This document shows, piece by piece, positions 44,734 through 53,245 of a stretch of DNA of 64,000 nt. The notes beneath the pieces are model-generated. The model was not told the DNA's origin. It did not search any database and saw only the letters and a program-made list of their open reading frames with translations. Every line of letters begins with the position of its first letter. Position 1 is the stretch's first letter. Origin of the DNA: Paramoeba atlantica (taxonomy: Eukaryota > Protista > Discosea); NCBI GenBank assembly GCA_977017575.1, contig CDRNVI010000060.1, forward strand, positions 186,001 through 250,000. The letters run 5' to 3'. A program made the translations under genes and the position numbers.

Positions 44734-45159
44734 AAGTAAAGGAAAATTCGCTTTTCTTACGACTTTTGAGCATTTGAGCCCAACTTTCCCATTTTCGAGT
44801 GACCTGGAATACGGTCAGCAGTCGTGACAGTCCCTAGAGGATGCAACATTACGAGACAGATGGAAATAAATTTGAACTCTTAGTAAATTTTCAAGAGTAG
44901 CACTTGTAGCATGTATTCCTGCGCCTGGGACATACCGTACCCATGTAGATGTAATACATGTACCCATGTGTACAATAACCTGTTTTGGGTGTATTTCGAA
45001 CATCCAAGCAATGACAAATTCGAAAGAACAGTGGAGAAGTGTGAAAAAAAGGACTGTATCTATCACTTTGATTAATAATAGATATCCTATACGAATCAAT
45101 TCACTTAGATGAAAATGTACATCTTTACTGTGAACGTGTTACCTAATAGGTGGGCCCCA

Positions 45160-46890
45160 TCACTTCTGTGACACAGGTAACACCTGACACTGTTCGATAC
45201 AATCCATAACCCACTTTGGGGAGACAACAAGGCAGTGTTTCGGTAGGGCTACCACAGAGGCATCCGCCTTGTCATGACATATGAAGCATACCTTTTTGGA
45301 GCTTTGTTTGATACCACAAAATTCCTCCATGTCCTCGAGACAATGCATACCACATTTCTCAAGCAAATGCGCGAGTTGTGGTTTCGTGGGTTCCTTTATA
45401 TCCCCCGATAGGGAGTGAAGGGAAATAAACCCGGAGTAGCCCGCAAAGAGCTGGCTAAGCTCCGGCACTGTTTTTCGTGCCCCACCCCCTGGGAGGGAGG
45501 TGGCAAGCCGAGCACGGTGTTTCAAATACGCCACCGTGTGGTAGGGGGTGGGATCGACCAACGCCCCCTCACACAGGGAGGCGTACAGCCACGCGACCCG
45601 AACAATCGGGAGCGCGGTGGCGTAAGCGTAGACCACTTTCATGGTGCGCAGCGTGCGTGCGGGGGTAACCAGGATGGTAGGGGCGGGGCAGGACACGCGA
45701 GCAAGTACTGCACCGCGATTTGAGGCTTTGGTAAATGTTTTGGTAGGAGGTCCAGAGGTTGATATTATTGGGGTTTGGGAGAGTAAGAAAGGATCCTCGA
45801 CGAGCTGTCCTCCAAGGGTTTGCACAATAGGTATGAGAGGATCCGTGTCGGTTCCGGAGATGAGAATCACATGCTTTGAAATTTCGTTCTTGGTGAGTTT
45901 GGAAGCTTTTTCTGAAGAGCTTTTGTTTACCTTTTTCGAATTTGGTTCAGTAGCATCACTGCTAGATATCCCTTGCTTGGATGTTCGTTTCCTTGCATTT
46001 TCATCGGACGGATTTTGGCTATTCGTGCCAGGTGATTTGCATTTCACAGAACGCTTCGTCTTGCTGTTCGTTTTGTTCTTAGTGGTCGTTTCCACAGCTG
46101 TATGGTTACCTTGTTCGTCACGCGCACTTTGGAACTTCTTTTTTGAAGTAACCTCTTTCTGGACTTCTTTGGCATTTTGCGACAGCCCCACAAGCTCCGA
46201 GGCCGTTGTCCCCAATAATGGGGTTAAAGTCGGAGTGTTTTTCGGAGATTTCTCCGAGCTATTGAACTGTGATTGAAAAATAGCTGCAAGGGGGGAGCTT
46301 AATGAATTGAGCGAAGCCCGCACCCCTTGAGCATCCGCCGAACTGGTGACACTCTCCGTACCCGTATTTCTTGAAATGAATGCAATGCTCCCAGGAGAGG
46401 CCTTTGCAAGCGTGCTCCTTTTTAAGCCGCGCGGCACATTTCCTTGCTTTGGTTCACGTAGTGCGTCGACTTGTGAAGGTAATGTACGCATTGGGTTCGT
46501 AGTTTTTGGAGGAGAGGGAGTACCTGTTTCGGAGTCTAAAAGAGTCTGCGGGGGACGTGGAGGTGTCCGTGTCATTTGTTGTTCGTTTTTATCTGCTGCG
46601 TACCCTACTGACTTTTGTTCTGTGTTCATGGGTTGGTACATTTGAATCGGTAAGCAACGCTTTTGGAAATGACAAGATTGTACCCAGGAGGGCGAGGTGA
46701 CTGGGATGGACCTTTCCTGCGCATGTCGGAGTGTGTCCGGCGAGCCTTTGTGAAACACAATCATATTTGCGTTCTCCAGGGTAGGAGAGTACACAACCCC
46801 AAGTGAACGAAGTTGCCGTTTTAATTCATCCTTGCGAAAAGTACTATCGCTCTTCACGCTGAGGTAAACACGGAGATCTTCAAATTTCAT
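45160..46890 (-). CDS. BRCT-domain protein, microcephalin (MCPH1)-like architecture
   Basis: 576 aa; N-terminal BRCT (LRSLG..MIVFHKG..VTSPSWVQSC), S/T/K-rich linker, tandem C-terminal BRCTs (RTMKVVYA..VAWL; VSPKWVMDCI). Confidence 0.8.
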   Translation of the reverse strand: MKFEDLRVYLSVKSDSTFRKDELKRQLRSLGVVYSPTLENANMIVFHKGSPDTLRHAQERSIPVTSPSWVQSCHFQKRCLPIQMYQPMNTEQKSVGYAADKNEQQMTRTPPRPPQTLLDSETGTPSPPKTTNPMRTLPSQVDALREPKQGNVPRGLKRSTLAKASPGSIAFISRNTGTESVTSSADAQGVRASLNSLSSPLAAIFQSQFNSSEKSPKNTPTLTPLLGTTASELVGLSQNAKEVQKEVTSKKKFQSARDEQGNHTAVETTTKNKTNSKTKRSVKCKSPGTNSQNPSDENARKRTSKQGISSSDATEPNSKKVNKSSSEKASKLTKNEISKHVILISGTDTDPLIPIVQTLGGQLVEDPFLLSQTPIISTSGPPTKTFTKASNRGAVLARVSCPAPTILVTPARTLRTMKVVYAYATALPIVRVAWLYASLCEGALVDPTPYHTVAYLKHRARLATSLPGGGARKTVPELSQLFAGYSGFISLHSLSGDIKEPTKPQLAHLLEKCGMHCLEDMEEFCGIKQSSKKVCFICHDKADASVVALPKHCLVVSPKWVMDCIEQCQVLPVSQK

Positions 46891-46989
46891 ATTAGAACCA
46901 TAATAAATCTAATAAAAAATCCCAGGCTTAAACGTAGTATGCGTTGATGTGTTCAACAAGGTATTAGAGCCAAGTTTTACAAAAGTTAC

Positions 46990-47370
46990 ATATCCCTACC
47001 ACCGCCTGAGAATTACTTGTAAGTTGTAAGTTAAAATTGTAACTTACAACCTTGTAGGTTATCCAATAGCGGAGACACTCAGCGAGGAGCGCAAGCGATT
47101 CTCCATACCGTGGAAGCCCTGAAGGCTGGTATCGTTGCAGAGGGAGATCCCTCTCTCTGCTTCGGAGTCTGAAGGCGTCCGCCTTGGCGTCTGGTCCATA
47201 TTGTGCACGCTGGGAAACTATACGTTGGTGGTTCGTGAACCGATCAAACACTTCAACCCGCCTGCGCTCCCCACCACGCTCCCCGCCGCTCTCCACGCCA
47301 CACTCCCCGCCGCGCTCCTTTTCGACCCCCTGCGCCGCCCTCGGCAACACCCCCATTGCCAAGCGCCTTG
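46990..47370 (-). pseudogene. Possible XRN 5'-3' exoribonuclease N-terminal relic
   Basis: LAMGVLPRA (cf. AIDGVAPRA) and LAECLRYWITYK (cf. LAKCLRYYI); intervening sequence degenerate. Confidence 0.3.
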
Positions 47371-48234
47371 CATGGGTCGCCCGGTGTCAGGATAACAAGA
47401 CACTAAACAACTAGGGCATGACACCTCATTCTCCCGGAGGAAGCAACTCGGGTGTCAACATGCTGCAGTTGAGCCTAGGCTCTCGCGCTGTAGATTTGCT
47501 CCCCGCGTGGGGCACCCGCACTGCTACCTACGCGGAAAGTGAGGAGGCCACATCTGTTGGGAGACAAACGGCCCGGACCCAACAACAACAACATTTCATG
47601 AACCACTATTTTCATGAAATGGTTCATGAACCAGTAATAACTTAGTAAGAGGAAGGGCACCCTCCCTCTCAGGAGAATCTGGCTGAGCTGCTTAGCCGAC
47701 ATTCATTGAGGATCATTTATTAGATGAGGCCCATGCCTACACTACTAGCACATATTACCGGCGCAACGATGTTTACTCAATAGCTGTATACAAAAACAAA
47801 GTGTGCACATTTGATATTGGACCTTGTTGTTTCTTTATTTTGCATTGTAACTGAGGAAACATCCGTGAATTTCGACGTAAGAGTGGTGAATGAGCTTTCT
47901 AAACTATACTCAGTGAGGAAAGGTTCCAAGCTAATGCAAGACATACAGAAACGAAATATAGAAACTTACGTGAGGTCCGGTCTATTTCCGAGCGAAAATT
48001 TTGTATGTCTGCTAAGGAGGAGGATGGCAGCATCTTGACTGTGAAAAGCCTGGATGACGTTGGCTGACGTACTGGTTGCGTGAGGAGGTGGTACAGGATA
48101 AATTACAACACTTAAAAGGGACTATGCTTTCGTCTCGAATAGCGAAGGCCGTTCCAAATTGATAGCGTCACAGAACACCTCAGTGTCTTTCGGTCTCAAC
48201 AATATCACAAAATTTGCTGATCGTAAAGCTTAAT

Positions 48235-49128
48235 ACAGTTTCTGTACTTTGTTCGTACTTTTTCCTTAGTTACCGTATACCCCCCCCAGTAATAAATACT
48301 TAATTTAGAATCGATTTTGGACCCAAATGGCCAAATCTCTGTTACTGGGGGGTATGCTTTTTTGGTGGGAAAAGACCTTTTTTGTTCATGGGTGCATTGA
48401 TTTTCTGCCCAGACAACCCCGCAACTACGCCATTCGCTCCCGCGCAACCGCCCTCACCCAGCTCAGCGACCCCCACCCGCTCAACCCCCCCCCCTCCAAC
48501 CACCCTCCCGAGCTAAATCTCTGTTACTGGGGCAGCTCAAAAATGGCCGAATCTCTATTACTGGGGGGGTCTATTACTGGGGGGGTATACGGTAATCCCT
48601 TCTTTCCCCGGCAACGGGCATACTCTTACTGTATTTTTATGCCCGTTGCTGGCCGGCATTAAGATCGGAACTGTCCCTCTTGTCGCTGAAGCAGGGGACG
48701 CGCCTTCACGCCTTCACCCTTCCCCGACTCACTCCCCCGGAGTGAGTGTGCTTCCCCCTGTCGGCTTTCTTCGACTCGTTTTTTCCTCTCCGAGAGGGCC
48801 ATGCGTCACGGTGGCCTCCCTTGAGGACCACTAGGCGTGTCCTCCGCCGACGAGACTCTCGGCTCTCTGCACCTGGCGGTGGCCCTGCTCCCCGCACCTC
48901 GACTCTGTCAGCGCTCTCTGCACCCGGATTGCCCCCGAAACTGTAATATGGGGATTGCGCATCCGGCTCTCTGCACCTGCACATGACAACCGAGCTCTCT
49001 GCACCTGGGACGCCAGCTCTCCGCACCCGCACACCTCCGGCGAGGACGAAACCTCACATGATCCACCCGTCGTATGCGGGATAAGGACATGGTGAGCAAA
49101 TCTCTGCACTATAAGTGCATGATCAAAC
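48235..49128 (+). mobile_element. SL-headed SINE-like retroposon interrupted by a MITE
   Basis: ACAGTTTCTGTACTTTGTTCG at 48235-55; after removing 48273-48592 it is colinear with 8252-8820. Confidence 0.75.
48273..48592. mobile_element. 320-bp MITE with CCGTATA TIRs (Tc2/pogo-type ends), TA TSD
   Basis: TA|CCGTATACCCCCCCCAGTAATA ... TATTACTGGGGGGGTATACGG|TA. Confidence 0.9.
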
Positions 49129-50480
49129 TACAAATACAGTACTGGTACGTATTTTTGATCGCAGGATGCACTAAGGTCTTCCCCTGTACTCCGTACCTCG
49201 GTATCCTGAGAAATGTTTGCATTTCCAACTATCGCAATAAAAGGCTCATTCAGTACTCTCGATCGGGTAAGTAAGGCGTCTGGATTCCAATAGTAGTTCT
49301 TCGAAGGATTGTGGTGAATGTAATCAAGCAATTCCGCTGAGTTCCAAATTTCAACTTCTGCAGGCACATGTTGGATAGGAGACGACAGCATTACTTCAAT
49401 TGCTGATCTAGAAGCACTGACCGAAGGTTTGACAGCCTCCACTTGTGAAGCACGAAGAAAACCATCGACTACAGGAAGCATCGTACACGCCTGCGTCACA
49501 TGGCTCATGTACCCATCCGCGCTCCTCACGCCGGATTCGTCCAGTTTTCTAGCCTCGGAATCCGTCATTTCCACAGACCCTTTCAAAGCCTCACGCGAGG
49601 GTAAATCAACACCCATTGCATGAACCAGCACACAAGCCCACAACCACACCCGCAGTGGGGGGCTATTTGTTCTTAGGCAAAGCTCACGGTACATCCCCTC
49701 CCATATCGGCATCCATTCCGCACAGGATTTCAATTTTCGGTTCAAAAACGATTTCGCATTTTCCGTTTTTTCATCCTCAGCCAAGGAACTCGAATTTCCA
49801 GACTTTTTCTCATGATCATTTGACATGTCTCGCAACATTGTTGTTGTTGTCATGATATTACTCCCAATTGGGTAGGCCACTTTGAGCCAACGCAACCATC
49901 CATCATAGACGGAGCGTCGCGTCTTGCATGTCTCGATCGCAATCCACCACGCAAGTCGGAGGCGCTGGTCGTTTTTAAAAACAGTGCGCGTGATGGAGGA
50001 ATGAATCTCATGCGTGAGTTCTACAATATTCGTCGTGCATACACAAAGCGAGTAGGGAAGCGCGGCAAGCAGGATCAGGGAAGGGGTGGGCTTGTTTTCC
50101 TCCAGGGTGGAAAACGGTGCTTCACCACATTGCCCTCTAGGAAAAGAAGATTCATCTTCACAACCTTTCACAGGGTTACGTAGGATAAGATGGTATTCCG
50201 GGATACACAGAGGGGAGCGTGCACCAGGTACTCCTCTGGTTTCGGCACATTTTTCTCTTTTTTTTGCTTTCACCATTTCAAGTGCGCTATGCAACACAAC
50301 GCCTTTGGAGAGTGCCCATAAGAGGTAGGAATGTGGTGACACCAGTGGGGAGGTGGAACGGTTGGCTGGAGAAACGGATAAGGAGGATGGCGTTCTGTTC
50401 GCTCGAGAGGGGGAGGACACACATGAAAACGTACTATTCGGGGGCATGGCCGTACGAATTGAACGGGAAGCAAATCTCAT
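49128..50480 (-). CDS. Probable divergent SET-domain (LSMT/SETD3-like) protein
   Basis: LWALSKGVVLH, LRLAWWIAIE..S.YDGWLRWL, VWLWACVLV, MLPVVDGF resemble SET motifs; the canonical NH motif is absent. Confidence 0.45.
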   Translation of the reverse strand: MRFASRSIRTAMPPNSTFSCVSSPSRANRTPSSLSVSPANRSTSPLVSPHSYLLWALSKGVVLHSALEMVKAKKREKCAETRGVPGARSPLCIPEYHLILRNPVKGCEDESSFPRGQCGEAPFSTLEENKPTPSLILLAALPYSLCVCTTNIVELTHEIHSSITRTVFKNDQRLRLAWWIAIETCKTRRSVYDGWLRWLKVAYPIGSNIMTTTTMLRDMSNDHEKKSGNSSSLAEDEKTENAKSFLNRKLKSCAEWMPIWEGMYRELCLRTNSPPLRVWLWACVLVHAMGVDLPSREALKGSVEMTDSEARKLDESGVRSADGYMSHVTQACTMLPVVDGFLRASQVEAVKPSVSASRSAIEVMLSSPIQHVPAEVEIWNSAELLDYIHHNPSKNYYWNPDALLTRSRVLNEPFIAIVGNANISQDTEVRSTGEDLSASCDQKYVPVLYL

Positions 50481-50781
50481 GGAAAAGAAAATCCCGTCGT
50501 GAGAGGTTTAGTGATGGGCCACTGTGTAGGGAGTCACTGGGCAAATCGTAGCACTCGCTATTGCAAGCCTAAACGCAACAAAAACTTTCCCTTTTTTAAT
50601 TGGGAACAGTGACCCCTTTACCATGTGTCATAAAAATCTGCTATGAAACGTTTTGTTTGTTTATAGTATTAGCAATAGTGGTACAAGTGTATTCTTCACG
50701 TGGGGGGCTGCGCGTGAAACATTGATGAAACCACGCGAAACATAGAAACCACCATTAAACCTTTAGCGAAACCTCGAGAAA

Positions 50782-51033
50782 TCAACATTTGAGGCAGTGC
50801 GTTCCGCAGGATCCTGCCGTGTAAGTAGTCAACACGCAGTCAACTAAGACTCCATCAGCGTTGCAAGAAATACCGTTCCAGCTGAAATCACGGGGTTCAG
50901 TGCTCCAACTCTCTTGTGGGTTCGGAACCTGTGAAATCACGTTGGCCAGCAAGAGGCAACGTTCCGGGGGCAACAGTGCATTGTGGACTCTACTAGGGCG
51001 TGTGTCCGCACGCTCCCGGGAATTAAGCATCAT
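50782..51033 (-). pseudogene. N-terminal cap relic of the LRR family
   Basis: RVHNALLPPE..ISQVPNPQESWST..SWNGISC mirrors KVRG.LPQEY..NPRPSWN..W.GVSC. Confidence 0.6.
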
Positions 51034-51047
51034 CTAGAAATTTACTA

Positions 51048-51353
51048 CTGTATATCCTCCAGTAATAGAATCGACTAAAACGGCCAAATCCTTGTTCCTG
51101 AGGGGGTCCGCTTTTTCGGTGAGCAAAGCCTATTTTGGTTCATGAGTGTGTTGATCTTCTGCCCAGACAACTCCGCAACTACGCCATTCGCTCCCGCGCA
51201 ACCACCCTCACCCCGACCAGCCACCTCCATCCGCCCAAACACCCCCTCCCCCCTCCAATCACCCTCCCGAGCCAAATCCTTGTTACTGGGAGTCAGCCCA
51301 AAAATGGGCAAATTCTTCTTACTGAGAGTCTATTACTGGGGGCGAGCACACGG
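51048..51353. mobile_element. Diverged copy of the CCGTATA MITE
   Basis: TA|CTGTATATCCTCCAGTAATAGA ... TCTATTACTGGGGGCGAGCACACGG|TA; internal homology to 48273-48592. Confidence 0.85.
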
Positions 51354-51797
51354 TAGAATAGAAGAATGCCTACATCTCAAAAAATATATACATGTATACT
51401 AATTTCAGGCCCATTCAAGGCGTGTTTTACACTTCATAAAAGTAAGCAAATTACAAATATGAAAGCACAACATTAAATGAATCTTAGAACTTGACATGCC
51501 CTCAAATCAATAGAACACGCCCGTCAACGGCGAGACCGTCTTCCAGGCGAGAAAATTTCAGAACCACTTCCAACTCGGCATAAAGCAGGGTCACGAGAGC
51601 CAGATAACTTTTTGATAACGGAAAAGGTTGGCACATGGAATAAACACTGGTGTACCTGAAAAAACAAGCTTCGTCCTACATATCCCCAGCCCTCCGCCAG
51701 CGCCTCACTCAACCTGCATGGCCCATCGTTTTTGCTATTTCCCTACCCAACCCCTCCCCCCCATTCCACCCCTCCCCCTTTCTCACACCCCTTCCCG

Positions 51798-52925
51798 TTA
51801 ACCCGGTGTGTGGGTTTTCAAACTCTCCTGGAGCAGAAAATCCAGCACCCGCTGCCGCACCCGCTCCAGGTACACCACCTCCGCGGCGACCTGCGCGAGC
51901 GCGGCAAAGTCCCCCCCGGCGTACGCCGCCTGGGCGCGTGCCCAGTACTGCGCGATCTCCCGCTCCACCCGCTCCACGGTGGCCCGCAGCGTGGGCTCCG
52001 GCACGGGCACCGCCCGCATCGCGGCCTCCACGGCCTCGTTGGCGTCTAACATTCTCGAGAGGAACGCGGGGGGGAGGGGGAGGGGGCGGCCGCCGGTGTC
52101 GGGGTTGGGGTTCGCCCCGTGGAGGGCGAGGAGGTGACGACAGCGGCCGGAGGGGGTGCGGAGGGTGTGGAACGCGAGGTTGAGTTCCATACTGCGGTGG
52201 GGGGGTTGTTGCTGGGGTTGTGGTTGTTGTTCTACGGGGTGAGTACTCGAGCGACTAGTGTTGGTTTGGTCACCCTGTGTTTGTTGCTGTTGTTGTTGTG
52301 TTTGTTGTTGTTGTGTTTGTGGTTGTTGCTGTTGTTGTTGTGGTTGTTGTGGTTGTTCTACGAGGTGAATACTAGAGCGACTAGCGTCACTTTGGTCACC
52401 CTGTGTTTGTTGTTGTTGTGTTTCTTTCTGTTGTTGTTGTTGTTCTACGGGGTGAGTACTGGAGCGTCTAGTATCGCTTTTATCACCTTGTGATTGTTGT
52501 TGTTGTTGTTCTACTGCGTGGGTAATAGTAGAGGGTGAAACGTCACTCTCGTGGCCGACTTGTTGTTCTTGTTCTACTTCGGGGGAAGCAGAAAATGTAA
52601 TGTCGGGGTGACATTGGAGTTGGGCCTCGTGATAATGACGCGAGAGGGTTTGGTGCCAGGCGTGAGGGTCCGAAGGGATAATACAACGAGGGACGTGGAG
52701 AAGAGAAAAGTAGTCGGAGGTTTGGGATGACGAAATGGGGGAGCGGGAGGCAGACGATGCGCGAGGAGTGGTTGAAGGGCCTTTGTTGTTGTTATTGTTC
52801 GAGGAAAGAGACGAACACATTCGGAACGCTGTGGTGCAAGAAAGGATGGAGAAGGGGAGCGGAGTACGAATCAAGGGAAGGCGGGATAAGGAATACGTGG
52901 GACGTGGAAGGTGGCGGGTCTTCAT
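51798..52925 (-). CDS. HSCB: HscB/Hsc20 Fe-S cluster J-domain co-chaperone with a large poly-Q insertion
   Basis: DYFSLL..QCHPD, ELNLAFHTLRTP.GRCRHLLALHG, C-terminal LPPAFLSRMLDANE; start may be a downstream Met. Confidence 0.85.
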   Translation of the reverse strand: MKTRHLPRPTYSLSRLPLIRTPLPFSILSCTTAFRMCSSLSSNNNNNKGPSTTPRASSASRSPISSSQTSDYFSLLHVPRCIIPSDPHAWHQTLSRHYHEAQLQCHPDITFSASPEVEQEQQVGHESDVSPSTITHAVEQQQQQSQGDKSDTRRSSTHPVEQQQQQKETQQQQTQGDQSDASRSSIHLVEQPQQPQQQQQQPQTQQQQTQQQQQQTQGDQTNTSRSSTHPVEQQPQPQQQPPHRSMELNLAFHTLRTPSGRCRHLLALHGANPNPDTGGRPLPLPPAFLSRMLDANEAVEAAMRAVPVPEPTLRATVERVEREIAQYWARAQAAYAGGDFAALAQVAAEVVYLERVRQRVLDFLLQESLKTHTPG

Positions 52926-53245
52926 ACTACTAAAAAAAGGGAAATTAAAGAGTGGCGAATTGTAAGGAATAGGACAAAAAATTGGCCAAACTGAAGCGAA
53001 ATTCTTTTTTTCACCTTTTTTACAAACGTTTTCATAAAAACGGTGCCATTATGCGTTGAAACCCCACTGCGCAACTACTTTTAAAGTACTGTCCCCACTT
53101 AAGCTTTTCCACCACGGCGAATTCGTTTCGTAGCTCGACCCTAAAATATACTCGACCCTACACATGTACATGAACAGTATACTGGCTACAAAGAGTTCAA
53201 ACGTAGTTAAACTACGTCACGAGATGAAACCGACTTCTACTGGCT

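Noticed and set aside
48235-48272. A genuine SL RNA gene
   Set aside because: No complete 39-nt exon, no clear GTATG-type intron, Sm site or T-tract terminator, and no tandem array
48640-48710. HDV-like or hammerhead ribozyme in the repeat (GGCCGGC..GTCCC)
   Set aside because: No P1 3' strand for the pseudoknot and no CTGATGA/GAAA core; it folds as simple hairpins
52195-52610. CRISPR-like repeat-spacer array
   Set aside because: Units are irregular, in-frame and encode poly-Q; no cas genes; eukaryotic context
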